A stretch of DNA of 58,616 bases, filler included, from Dugesia japonica (lineage: Eukaryota): the NCBI GenBank assembly GCA_001938525.1. It is 6 parts of 6 records of this genome, joined end to end, with 100 filler letters (N's around TTAATTAATTAA, not from the genome) between each part and the next. Parts side by side here need not be neighbours in the genome. Positions count along the whole stretch, not along the records: positions 9,624 to 17,742 come from MQRL01595837.1; positions 17,843 to 27,275 come from MQRL01636682.1; 4 more parts are not named here. One strand, 5' to 3'. Positions within the stretch are counted from its first letter, which is position 1, and each line of letters begins with the position of its first letter. Under the pieces are notes generated by a model. It was not told the DNA's origin. It ran no database searches and saw nothing but the letters and a program-made list of their open reading frames with translations. Of the stretch, positions 13,450-26,261 are shown piece by piece. A program made the position numbers and the translations under genes.

Positions 13450-13646
13450 CATCTATGAAAATAGAAAACATTGTTTTGATCTTTCCAATTGAAAATAAAT
13501 TTTAAATAACGAAATTTGTTTTTCAAAATATTTGTTTAATATAAAGATCAGTGGTAAAGTTAATTTTAAGAAAATAAAATTTAAAATGTAAATTTTAAAA
13601 TACTAAAAATAAATTCAACTAACTTGGTAATTATAATTAATTATTT

Positions 13647-13765
13647 AATTCATTTAATATAAAAGCTTTGATCAAAATTTTGGTTTTTTTTATTGATATC
13701 GAATTTTTATCTATTTTCAATAAAAAATACAAAATGTTGATCAAAGCTTTTATATTAAATGAATT
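13647..13765. repeat. Fold-back palindrome of the hammerhead-family downstream module
   Basis: AATTCATTTAATATAAAAGCTTTGATCAA ... TTGATCAAAGCTTTTATATTAAATGAATT. Confidence 0.8.
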
Positions 13766-13981
13766 CTATAAAACGATCAATGGTTATGTCCAACAATTAT
13801 TCATGCAATAATTGCAATTGTAAAATAATTATTTAATGTTGTGGAATTTTAAAAAAATGTTTTCATATTCANAATGAGAATTTTCAAATATTTCTGAAAA
13901 ATTTATTGTTGCTCACTTCTTTTCAAAAATCAATAAACCAATAGTTTTATAAAAGACTTTCTACTAATTCCAATGTTTTAG

Positions 13982-14235
13982 GTCGGAAAAATGAAAAATT
14001 TAAAGGTGAATTGATTGGATCAGGAGGATTTGGGGAAGTTTACAAATATAAAATACCAAATACAGATCGTGAAATTGCTATCAAACGAACAGAATTTAGT
14101 TCTAAAGATACAAAGAATATTGAAGGAAATATAAACAAATATGCATCTCGGATTCGACATAAAAATATTGTTCAATATTTTGGTGCTTTCATAAAATCTG
14201 TGGAACTTTATATTTATATGGAGCATATTCCTGGG
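13982..14235 (+). CDS. Exon of a Ser/Thr protein kinase (STE11/MAP3K MEKK2/3-like N-lobe)
   Basis: AG|...LIGSGGFGEVY..REIAIK..HKNIVQYFG..IYMEHIPG|GTAAC covers subdomains I-V and is bounded by splice sites. Confidence 0.85.
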
Positions 14236-14533
14236 GTAACTTTATTTACTATATCATTGATTAATTGGTTTCATTTGTTAATATACTCATAACAAGAATA
14301 ATGATAGTAAACATGATCACGCATATATTCCTCCAAAATACTTTGTTCAGGAAAATTCATAACAATTCAAACACTTTTCTTTAAAATATTATTTTTTGAA
14401 TAATTTTCTCTAAATTGACTATTAAAATATAAAATTATCAATAAACGACAATCAGAGTAAACTTCTTTTAGGTAAAGTTTAATTTCACCAATTTACAATA
14501 ACCATAGTTACAATTTAAATGAAAATTATAAAT

Positions 14534-14632
14534 TATGAATAAATAAAAGTATTGAATAAAAAGTATGAATAAATAAAAGTATTGAATAAAAAGTATGAAT
14601 AAATAAAAGTATTGAATAAAAAGTATGAATAA
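14534..14632 (+). repeat. 30-bp tandem repeat x3.3
   Basis: (TATGAATAAATAAAAGTATTGAATAAAAAG)3. Confidence 0.95.
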
Positions 14633-16258
14633 TAGTATTGTAATTACAAGAATTATTGTAAGAATAATTGTGGGGCAATTAGTTATTGATCGTATTTGAG
14701 ATTTCATTAAATTAAAAGCTTCGAACAAAATCCTGTTTATTTTATATTTATGTTAGTTTTTGTTAGTATTTCTAGCCAATTAGATAGGTTTAATCGATTA
14801 CGTAACAATATCAAACAGTCCAAATTTAGGTATAGTTTATTATGCAATCGACACATGCCCATAATGCAATCAAAATAATATTTCAAATTTATCACGCCAT
14901 CATTATAAGCGCATGACACTACTAACTTTATTAGTTAATTTCCTACTGACCTCTCGCGGAAAAAAATACTGGTGGTGTCAAATGGTGTAGTGGTTATCGT
15001 GGATGCATTGATTAGCAATTTTTGATACGATCAGAATTTTGAACAGATAATTTCTATTTTTTTTATTATTTTATTTTAATTAATGGTGGAATATTCTAGA
15101 AATTTTAAATTTTGTTTTAATATTTATTCAATTTTTAAAAAAAAATTTTTCCGAGATATTGTAATATTGGTGTAGAGTGGTATTGTAGGTGCACATTTTA
15201 TATCGTTATGGTATAAGTAAGGACAGGTTGAAAAAACGAAATTTGAGTCAAATGATGTATGTGTAGATTTTATTAATTTTTATGTTTTGAGGTTGGATTT
15301 GTGCTAGTCTAAGAAATAGAACTATACATTGCTTAAAAGAATTATGCCTAAAATGCGCCTGTTGGCTTTTAAAATGTGAGTACATGACACCGGGGCAATA
15401 AGTTTTTGCACTTTTATCGAAAAAGTGGTTTGTAGTTGTGTTAGCTCGATGAATTGTGATGAATTTGATATTGTTCGAAATGGAAGGTATTTATGCAAGT
15501 GATGGTAATTGTTTTGATGTGGTTTGTTGGATTATTAATTATTTCTTTGGAAAATAAAGGTTAATAATTAGTGTATATAGGGAAAGAATATATTTTTCGA
15601 GTTAAGATTTATTGTGTCGTAAAAACATGGTTGGATTCATATGAAATTTTTCTGGGTGTGTGAACTTTTTAAATATCATAGTGTAGCGGAGCGTAGGAGT
15701 TTAAAGATGTTTATTCGAGCAGTCTTGATATTTTGATTTCGGCCATCTTTTTGTTTAAAGCACTTGTTTATATGTGTTGCATGTATGTAACATTCATGTT
15801 ACAAGAGCAAGTTACATGTATATTTTATTGGTTTGGGCAGTCTAAAAATTCCCATGAATGTGACCTTAGGATGCATATGTGCTGCATTCTTATTATAATT
15901 ATTCAATGCGAAAAGAAAAAACTATATACAATAATAAACATTTATTGATGCAAATAAATTTATTATTAATTCTTCTTCTTTGATTTTTTGTTCATCTAAA
16001 TGATTATTTATTGGTTCCAGATATTTTTCTGCCTAATCTGGAATCAATTACAATATTTACAAACATATGCAAGTATATAAAGAGAAATGTTTATAAGTAA
16101 TTCATAATTTTAAAAATGTTATACTTAAAGAACATCTCAATCCAACAATATAAAATTATCAAGCAAATAAAAATATGCAACAAAGATAATAAAGATTACC
16201 AGAATCCAAATGATTGATACAAAATTGAATCAATCATGAATTAAAGCGATGCATTGAA

Positions 16259-16700
16259 AGTAAGTAGATATGAGCGCACCAAACCAGGGCCCCTCGAGGG
16301 AGGGGGCCTAACCCCACCATACCCCCGATGAGTCATCAAATTTTTATGGAGGTGGGTGATGAGTCATATGGTGCCCCTTAAAAAATTTTGGAGGGGGGTC
16401 ATGGGGTACCCCCAATAAATTTTTTAAAATTTTCCTTTTTTACAATTTTTTTTTTAATTTTTTATTAAAATTTTTTTTTTGAATTTTTTTTATAAAAGTT
16501 TTTTTTTGTTTTTCGATGAGTCTTAATTTTTTGAAAATATTTCTGTCAGAACAGAGACATCATACCTCCCCCTAACCCCCACCCTACCCCCACCCTCCGG
16601 TCATTTTGAATTTTGTTTTGATGAGTCATACTTTTTTTCGAAAATTTTTCTATGTCAGAACAAAGAATATACCCTCCCACCCTCACGAAAACACAACTTT
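16259..16700 (+). mobile_element. Putative Polinton/Maverick terminal region
   Basis: Starts AGTAAGTAG. It has G/C homopolymer tracts and repeated GATGAGTCAT motifs in an otherwise extreme-AT background. The family assignment is inference. Confidence 0.35.
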
Positions 16701-16974
16701 TTTTTGTTTAAATAAATTTTAAATAAGTTTTAATAATTGTTTTTTTTTTGTTTTTTTTTAATAATAGTATTTTTTTTATTTAAATAAATTTTTGCTTTTA
16801 TTTTTAATAATTTTTTTTTAAATTTTTTTCATTAATTTTTAATTAAATATTTTTTTTTAAATTTTGTTTTAATTTTATTTAATTATTTTTTAGGAATTTT
16901 TAAAATTTTTATTTTTAAATTTTTCTCTAGTTTTTTTTTCTTTTGTCATATTTTTTTAAATTTGTCGAATTTTT

Positions 16975-17120
16975 AAATTTGATACACTACTAAAATGTGA
17001 CTAAAGAAAACAAAATATTTGGTTACATTAAAAAATTTTTTTTTTATTTTTATTTTTATTATTTTTTTTAAATTTGATACACTACTAAAGAAAACAAAAT
17101 ATCTGGTTACATTAAAAAAA
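16975..17120 (+). repeat. Local duplication (2 copies)
   Basis: AAATTTGATACACTACTAAA...GAAAACAAAATATYTGGTTACATTAAAAAA occurs twice. Confidence 0.8.
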
Positions 17121-17742
17121 ATTTTTTTTTAATTTTTTAATTTACCAACTAAACATTATATAATCACAAACCAAAATAATGGATTTTTTTTATTTGAAAT
17201 TTTTTTTATTTAAAAATTTTTTTTGTTGGTAAGTTTAGTTTATTTGAAATTTTTTTTTTAGAAAATTATTTTTCTTATTATTATTTTTGTATTTAAAAAT
17301 ATTATTGAGTGACACATCAATGTGTCTTTATTTAAACTGCTTACCAAATACATTTCTATATTCTTTTTTNTTTGCATTTCGAAATAAAATCGCGTTTTAA
17401 AATTAAATTATTTTGATTACATAATCGATTACGTTCTAATTAAATTAAAGTTTATTGTTTTGATACAATTTAGACAAATAATTTTTTTTGGTGGGACATT
17501 TATGCAATTTGTAAAATAATTCATTGATTTCTGTAATTTATAAAAATTATTTTTTGTAGACTTCTATTTAATTTATTAAATATTTCACGACTTCTATGTA
17601 ATTTTTTTTTAAAAATTGGAATGAGTTCCATGTAATTTTGGTAATATTATAACTATCATCTAATTAATACAATTGAAATATCTATGTAAGATAACACACA
17701 TAAAAGACAATTATGAGCAAATTTATTTAAATCACACACACA

Positions 17743-17842
17743 NNNNNNNNNNNNNNNNNNNNNNNNNNNNNNNNNNNNNNNNNNNNTTAATTAATTAANN
17801 NNNNNNNNNNNNNNNNNNNNNNNNNNNNNNNNNNNNNNNNNN
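17743..17842. other. Artificial contig-joining spacer
   Basis: 44N-TTAATTAATTAA-44N. Confidence 0.97.
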
Positions 17843-19895
17843 AATAAACATTATGGAAGAATCTTGTGTTCTAACTTATACAATTACACTTATTTTTAAT
17901 TCTAATTAAAAGGTTTAACTATAAATTCAGTCTCTTTGGTTCTGTCAGAAAAAATTAATTGCATGGTCAAATTTGTTGAGATTTAAAATTTTATATTATT
18001 TTGAAATTTTTAAGTTAATGTAAAATAATGTGAATTTTAAATATTAAAAAAAGGTTTAATTTTAAAATATTTAAAAATAAATAAGAAAAAATTNNNNNNN
18101 NNNNNNNNNNNNNNNNNNNNNNNNNNNNNNNNNNNNNNNNNNNNNNNNNNNNNNNNNNNNNNNNNNNNNNNNNNAAGTTAAATATGAAAGAATAAAATTA
18201 ATAAAATTGAAACTAATGAAATTAATTTAAAAGTAATAAAATAATTTTTCAAAAAGAATATTTAAATTTTATAATCAAAAAATTTTCAAAGTTAAAGTTG
18301 AGTTTCAAATTGCTTAGCTTATTTAATTTGACATAGCCAATTTAAATTTTTATCTGTTTTTTTTAATAAATATTTCATGAATACTAAAACTCTGGAATAT
18401 AGAAGTGAGTGTCTTAGACTCTCCTAACATGTTCAATTATAAGTTTATGGAGAGTTAACAGAGATTATATTTTCAATAAAGATTATCGAATATTTATCAT
18501 TCATTAAAATACTTTTATGAACATTCAAAAACTTCAGTAAATTGTCCTATAAATATATCACTATTGGATGAAACCGAATCCAACTGAACTAAGAAGGATA
18601 ACTTTATTTGTCAATTAAATTATAGTTTTAACGCATTGCACTCCAAATTATTAACAATATTGACAGCAGTCTCTAAGGACCCCCGTGGTTCTCAACTTGT
18701 AAGAATTACCATTTTCACAAAATTAGAGGTTTAACGAATTAAATGGGGAAATATAATTATTTCTAAAATTGAAGGTAGCGAGGACATAATAAGTTGGTAA
18801 ACCAGTGATTTAGATAATTCTTTTAAACGTCATTAAAGATCTCCATTTTGGAAAATAGTTTGTATTATTTTTTTCGTTTAAAATGCCATATAATTGCATG
18901 ACTATCTATAAATAAAATCTTATCTTTTTATTCGTTTTATAGTATTCAGGGCCGGATGAGGAGTGGGTAGTGCAAACCGGGCAACCGTCCAGGGCGTCAA
19001 AATGTATTTGTAAAATCAAGCTACTTAAATATATAGAATCCAAAGTTTGAATTGCCATTGATACCAACTTTTTTCTATTTAAATGTTATCATCAAATTAG
19101 TTAAGTTACGACCGAAATGGCATAAATCCATAAAACAATATGTATTTCTGGAAGGAAAGTTCTACATTATATTAACTATTATTATTAGTTAAATTCAAAG
19201 TCTCACAAGTCTCCATAAATTGTTCATTGATTATTACAAGTCTTTTATTAAAATGAAAAATGATAAAGCACAATTCACAATATTCAAACAAATAATCTGA
19301 GAAATCNNNNNAAATATTTTTCAGAAATATTGATTTTTTAAATTCAAAAATACTTTTATTTTACATATCTTTATTTATTTTTAACCTAATTCTATAAAAT
19401 TATTTTTTTAATTTTCTAATTCACTATAATATAAAATATCGACTTTCATTTTAAAATGTCTTTATTATATATATTTAATTATTTTTAACGTAATTTTACA
19501 AAATAATTTTTATAATTTTATAATTCGACATAATATAATATATAGAATTTATTCAATTAATTTATATTGTAAAAAACCTGTTCTATATTTTAAAAGTTTA
19601 AAAAAACCAATTTTAATATTATAAATAAAAATATCAGATATTTGAAATCACAATTATAATATTTTCTAAAATTTAAGAAATTCTGTATTAGAGTTGAAAT
19701 ATACTTTAAATGACTACTGGCCTGGGTTACGCTAATGCAATTTTATATTAATTTTCAAAAATGGAGAACGGAAGGTGAGGGCGCCAAAAGATGTTTTTAC
19801 TCAGGGCACCTGAAAAGCGTAATCCGACGCTAACAATAGTTTTAAATAGTGAAAAATTGAATTCTGTAATTTGTAAATTTAAAACGTAAATATAC

Positions 19896-20038
19896 TGTGG
19901 ATGACGAAAATTTCCAATGCATGAATTAAAATCTCCTACAGTACTCCACAACATGACAAAACTGTCATGACTGGCCGACACAATGTGAAAATCATCAACT
20001 CTAATAGCTGATATTTCTTTAAAATGGCCCGATAAATT
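19896..20038 (-). CDS. FBXW10: FBXW10/CDRT1-like WD40 protein, exon
   Basis: TAG|NLSGHFKEISAIRVDDFHIVSASHDSFVMLWSTVGDFNSCIGNFRHP|GTA. It is in phase with the previous exon across a 44-nt intron. Confidence 0.8.
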
Positions 20039-20082
20039 CTACAGTTATAAATAAAAAACTAAAAAAATATCTAAATCAATAC

Positions 20083-20231
20083 TTTAATGTGATCTCCATT
20101 TTGAATATTCCAAACCTTAATTAGTCCAGATAAATCGCCAGATATGCATAACTTATTTGAAATAGCAACAGCTGTTACTGGATGCTTGTGCCTCATTGTA
20201 GCAAAACTATGTTTGTCTTGGTAACGCCATA
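20083..20231 (-). CDS. FBXW10: FBXW10/CDRT1-like WD40 protein, exon
   Basis: CAG|(L)WRYQDKHSFATMRHKHPVTAVAISNKLCISGDLSGLIKVWNIQNGDHIK|GTATT. The phase matches the exon ending at 24053. Confidence 0.82.
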
Positions 20232-20699
20232 CTGAAAATTATTAACCAATAATGTGTGCTAATGAAATGATTTTCTTAATAAAAATTAGATTAAATAAAT
20301 CAAATTGATAAAATTGATTATGATAATAATAATATGATAATAATCGATGAAATTTATAGTAATTTTACGACAAAATAGAAAAATATGTAAAATAATAATT
20401 AATAAGATAATTCACTTGTGAATTCAAACTTTAATCCAGTGGTTCTCAAACTTCTTTGGTTTCACAATNNNNNNNNNNNNNNNATATTCGTGCACCTTTT
20501 CAACTCATGCATGACATAATAATTTGTATGTTTCTTTTGTCATCACGAATTTTTATTTTCTTGGTTAAATCTTTTTTCAGAAATATTTATTTGATCCTCT
20601 TTTTCCTTTTTGATTGTGTTCAGTACTCGTGTTTTAATCTTCCTTTTCTTGGCATCTTCATGTGACTTTTGACATTATACACATACTTTACATCTTGGT

Positions 20700-21990
20700 C
20701 TAGATAACATATTAGAATTACTATGTTGAATTCCTGTTCTGTATTCTAATGCCAGTTCTGGCATTGTGACGTGATTAGTTTCTTCGTGGTCATCATGAAA
20801 GTTAGAGCTTTATGATCTATTCTAAGAGTAAATCTTTTTTACCGAACAAGTAATATTTGAAATGTATGCAGAAATAATAAAAAAGCCAATAACTCGTTTC
20901 GTGTGATCAGTATCCCTTTTCATGACACGTCATTGAGTGTCATTCAGACGAAACCACTCTCTTTCTTCTTTAGCTTTGTATGGCAATACAACCCCAATTG
21001 TATCGAAATTGACAGCTGTATCCAATAAAAATCCTTTGTTTATATCTGGATAACACAATATTGGCGCAGTCATTAGAGCTTTTTTCAGACCCCCAAAATT
21101 AAAGTTTATTTCATTGGTTCATTCTAATTTCTTGTCCCTTGGTCCGCTACATAACTGTTCTAAGATACTTGATTTTCTTGTATAATTTTCTGTAAATTTT
21201 TTGTAATTTCCTGTAGTAATTACAAATTCCGAAGAAACTTCGTAACTTCTTCACACAGTTAGGTTAGCTAAATGTTTTTATTACTTCTATTTTAGATGGA
21301 TCGGTTATAACACCATCACAGCTAATTATATGCCCAAGAGATTTAATTTTGCTTGAAGAAACTGACACTTTTTCGAATTTATTCTTAAACCAGCCTTCAT
21401 TATTTCCGTCAATACTCTGTCAATCACTTCATAGTGTTTATCTTTATTGTTCGTAAATATCAGAACGTGATCAAGATATACCATAGCTTCATTGATTTCA
21501 CCTACCACTTTTGTCATCATCTCCTGAAAAGCTCCTAGAGCCGCTGTGATACCAAATGACATTCTGTTAAAACAATATTGTCCGTGCTTTGTTGAAAACG
21601 CCGTTTTATCTTGAGTTTCTTCTTCAAGCTCTACCTGATAGTACGCATTTCTTAAATTTATTGAACTGAAATATTTTGTTCTATCCCACTTCTCCAGTAT
21701 TTCATTGACGATAGGCATCGGAAAGTCTTGTTTTTCTGTTATTGCATTAAGTTGTCTAAAATCCAAACATATTATTATGTCATTCTTTTCCTTTTTCCAA
21801 ACACAGATCAATGGGGTATTCCATTGGACGCTTAAACTTTGTTCGCGGTTAAGTGAGATATCTGATTTATAAATGAACTGCAAAGTCATTGGCGGTGGAA
21901 AGTATCAAAAGTAATCTCCTCACGGTACTTCTAAAACCGCTTCACATTCCCTTATTAAACCACGGATCCCAGTTTTAGAACCACTATTAT
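20700..21990 (-). mobile_element. Gypsy LTR-retrotransposon remnant (RT + RNase H), intronic
   Basis: ORF 21326-21889 has CLDFRQLN, FSSINLRNAYYQ, TAFST and YLDH (catalytic D lost). Downstream are APILCYPD and IDHKAL. A PBS-like TGGTTCTAAAACTGGGATCC lies at ~21964-21983. Confidence 0.9.
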
Positions 21991-24052
21991 AAAAGATAAC
22001 CAAAAAAGACAATTGAATTTAATATTCCAATAAAAACGAATAAATCAAATATTAAATAAAATAAAACCATTTATTGAAAAACAAAATATTTTACTAAAAC
22101 AATTAATTGAGTTTAAAATTAAATTAAACCAATGAGTAAAAACAGATAGTCCAACGAATATGTAAATCGCAGAGACAAAAACATCACTGTTATAAGAGTA
22201 ATTCATAGATGATGCATATCTGGGAGAATTTTTTAATTTAAATAATTTGGTTTATATTATAGAGCATTATATTAAAATTAACTCTTGAAATATTTTTAAA
22301 AATTATTTAGAATATATTATATTAAAAAAGTATATTAGAGATTTTTAAAAAAGAAAACATTTTTTGTCTAAAGTTTTTTTGAAAATTTAATTTGGTTTAA
22401 TTATTTTTTATATATTGTATTACATAAAAATTATTTTGAATAAAAATCTTTTAAATTATAGTAGGAATATTTTTTGAAATATTTATAGGAAGAAAAATGT
22501 TACCTTATTTTTAAAAATAATAAAAATTATTTGGTAAATTATTTTGAAAGATTATTGAAATGTATTTTTGTTTGTTTAAAAAGAAAATCGATATTTTTCA
22601 ATATAAATTTGATATTCTAAGATATGGATTATTTGTTTAAATATGATGGATTATTCTTACATNTTTCTAACTTTAATAAAACAATTGTGATAGTGAATAA
22701 AAATGATGGATAATTGTGAAGTTTTTAATTTAACTAATAACTGTTATGACAAAAATCTAATTAAAGTTAAATACAAATAATTGCTTACTATTCACATGCG
22801 ATTATTCTTGGGTTGTAATTAGAAAATTCTATTTACACTTTGAAAACCACGATAGAATGATCAAGTAAGTAATCCGCGGAAATTTCACATCATTTGAATA
22901 AACAAATTCAATTTCAATGTACAAATGCATTTAGAAGGTTTTTGGAAAGCTTTAATCGAGTGTTCACCTCATTTCGGTGGTCGCAAAATTAAAGTTTAAC
23001 CGAGTTAATTCCCTCAGAAATTTGTATAATTGAAACTGCCAGTACGACAGCAATCCAATTCTATACTATTTAAACGAAAAATCAGAAATCCAGAAGTAAA
23101 AGTGAATTTCTATTTTAAAAACCAGAATTATAACTAACAATTAAACATTTATTTTACATTAATTTTTTTTTCATTTGTCTTCTGAGTTTGGTCTAAATTA
23201 ACATTTTAGCCTCAAGAAAAATATTAGCCCAAAGAAAATTCTCAGTAAAATTATATTCTCGCTAAATAATAATGATTCTCAACGAGAATATCCTTTAAGT
23301 CAGGGGTGAGCAATTGTTTTGACGTGAGGGCCACATTGTGGATTCAGAGTAAAATGAAGGGCAGCACATAAAAATGATAAGTATCGAATTAACTTTACAC
23401 TTCGCAAAATTTTATATTATAACACGATACTAAAAACAAAAAAGCCTTACTCATATATCTAGGTGCGTTTGTCATAATGAAAATTTTTGGATATGTCTTC
23501 GATCGCGTCAAGGAAAAAATTTTTGTTTATGTAAGATTTACGTAAGTGTATTGACGGGTCTTTATTTGAGTACTCCTGTTCTAAATGAAGGGGTATCATA
23601 TGAATAATAAGGTTATTAAAAGTCACTATTTTCTAGTTTAATAAAATAATGTTCAATAAGAAATATGACCGGTATTTATTATATCATGGTACTGGCAATG
23701 TTTTTCATGAATAGGTTTTGTCAGTTACTCTCCCATTTAAAGTTACAAAAAGTAACTTATTACTGTATTATATTGTGATCAACCCAAAGCTTCTAACGAT
23801 CTAAAAACAGAGTGACTCTAAACAAAATTGACGCGCGCCCGTACTTTTTCAATAAGAGTCATCGAAACTGATGAAAATACCGGATAAATAATTCCTAGGT
23901 ATAGTGAGATTATTATAAAGATTAAATAAATTTTAAATAATAGCGATATCATACCTCAACATTATAAAAAGAAACTTTTTCTCATTTATTTGTGAAAATA
24001 TAGTAAATTTTGAAGTTTAAATATTTTACATAACAAATTCAAATCCACATAC

Positions 24053-24450
24053 ATTTACAAGTGCCATCAAAACTTCCAGATGCAAAAATTTCTTCACCAA
24101 TATCCAAATCTGATATTGTTGCTGAATGTCCATTATAAATTTTCAAGCATTTACCAGTTATTGAATCCCATCTTCTAATTGTCGTATCATAACTTCCAGA
24201 TAACACTTCCAAATCTTTATGACTAATAATAGTATTATCAGAATTAACAGCAAATTTCTTTCGAGATATTATTGTATTTGGCTTANNNNNNNNNNNNNNN
24301 NNNNNNNNNNNNNNNNNNTGTCCTCGGATACGATTTTTCATTAATTCTGATTGATTTCTTTTTTTATCAATAAATTGAATAATTTTGTTAGCGCCAGCTA
24401 CAGCTACTAATTGCCCTCCGTTATATGAAATAGTGCGCATTAGATATTTG
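24053..24450 (-). CDS. FBXW10: FBXW10/CDRT1-like WD40 protein, exon (contains N gap 24286-24318)
   Basis: AAG|(S)KYLMRTISYNGGQLVAVAG...SGSYDTTIRRWD..GKCLKIYNGH..SGSFDGTCK|GTATGT. Confidence 0.85.
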
Positions 24451-24879
24451 CTTTTAGAAGAACTTAAATAAATAATATTGTAATATTAAGTTGTTATAAA
24501 ACATTAAGTTAATAAATTTGGTTATAGTTAATGCATAATGATGTTAGCTGCAGGACTAATNNNNNNNNNNNNNNNNNNNNNNNNNNNNNNNNNNNNNNNN
24601 NNNNNNNNNNNNNNNNNNNNNNNNNNNNNNNNNNNNNNNNNNNNNNNNNNNNNNNNNNNNNNNNNNNNNNNNNNNNNNNNNNNNNNNNNNNNNNNNNNNN
24701 NNNNNNNNNNNNNNNNNNNNNNNAAAAAAAACAAAATGTTTATAATTTTTAAATTTTTAAATTAAATATTGATAACTGGTTTAATTTTATGAGCAAGAAC
24801 TTGGATATTTTTTTATTCTTAAATCTCTAGATACACTCAATTGTTTATACTCTCATTCAATATCATTAGTAATTCTTAG

Positions 24880-25190
24880 ACAAGAAATTTGTAAACAGTT
24901 TAATTGGACGGATTACAAATCCACAGAAAACCTTTTTGGTAAATTGTCATACAATAAGTTTTTGACCAAATGCTTCAAAGAGGTGTCAAATATTTGATGA
25001 CAGCATCCAGAAGATAAAAAATTCTGGACAAAATTTTGGACTTTTAATATCCGATGCAGCATCTTTTATGGTAGCTGCTGGCAAGACTTTAAAAATGTTC
25101 CATCAAAAGCTTATATATGCAACTTGCATTACTCATTTACTATACAATTGTGCGTTGAGAATTAAGTCACATTACAATTATGTTGATTGC
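24880..25190 (+). mobile_element. hAT-related (DUF659/CGGBP-type) transposase fragment
   Basis: LLISDAASFMVAAGKTLKMFHQKLIYATCITHLLYNCALRIK shows the D..A.yM..A and CxxH motifs. Confidence 0.7.
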
Positions 25191-25208
25191 TAGNNNNNNN
25201 NNNNNNNA

Positions 25209-26150
25209 GCCTTTCTTACTGTGTTTATAATTTCCTAACAATGATTGAAAAAATTAATAAGAACATCGTATATCCTTACCACGAAGAAAATAGCAAAAGG
25301 AAGATGAAAATTATATCAGAATAAAATTGCATTCAAAGAAACGACTATTTGTCATTTATGCAAAAAGAATATAGTTAAACTGGTTCGAGGGCATGAAAAT
25401 TTCACGGAAGAATACTTGGGTGCGGCATGCTCAAAATGTTATTTGAGTAAAGAATCTGATATGAATTCTCTATAGTCTTATAATCTGAGAGGTTATGATT
25501 TACATCATATTTCGAAATATTGTCTCAGTTAATTTTCTGATTGGAATATTTCTTGTATAAAACAACAAACGATAAATTCTTTTGTTTGATGGTGCACCTG
25601 AAAAAAATAACTAAAGTTCATTGATTTATAAATTTATCAACTCTTCGTTAAATGCTGCAATGAAAACAATTAAAACAACTCTACTAACAACAAAGGAGTT
25701 TAGTGATAATCCAATTATTATATCAAAAGAGATTTTCCTATATGAAATGGCAATAAGTTTACAAATACTAGAAAAAACACTAACAATGCAACCAATATGA
25801 AAAGCGGTCAATGAAAAATCATATCAGAAAACATTGGGAGTGTAAAAAATAATCGGATGTACGAATTTATTGAATTTTATGCTGGTTTATTTAAAATTGG
25901 ACGTCTTTTTGTTGACTGATTTCTTTCAACAATTCCGAGTCAAGTCTTTAAATCACAATAACGTGGAACTACTTACATTCTTTGAAATACCAGGAACTTT
26001 ACAAGATCCAATATAATTATTACTGGACAACGATATGTACATTTTCTTTGAAGGCGGAATCAGACGGGGTCTCAACTTTGTGCTTTCAGTTGAAAACACT
26101 GATTAATTATACGTAGATATCAATAATCGATACGGATTGGCATTAAGCTT
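25209..26150 (+). mobile_element. Polinton/Maverick-type family-B DNA polymerase pseudogene
   Basis: CHLC..VRGH..TEEYLGAACSKC (endonuclease VII-like Zn site), YNLRGYDLHHI, IFPYE, YLKLDVFLLTDFFQQFR, MYIFFEGGIRRG and YVDINNRYGLALS. Confidence 0.8.
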
Positions 26151-26261
26151 AATCCAGGATTATCTCGATTATAAATAAAAGAAATTTCTAAAAAACCATA
26201 AATACAATTAATTGTTTCCAGGAAAATATTTCACGTTGAACAATTTAGTTTAATTATTTAC

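Larger units (their letters stand above)
13103..13534. repeat. Inverted repeat with ~120-bp arms (13103-13222 and 13411-13534), each arm carrying a hammerhead
   Basis: ACAAATATTTTGAAAAACAAATTTCGTTATTTAAAATTTATTT... is reverse-complemented at 13493-13534. The spacer is ~190 bp. Confidence 0.85.

Noticed and set aside
14968-15010. tRNA-like A box TGGTGTAGTGGTTATC
   Set aside because: No B box, acceptor stem or cloverleaf follows.
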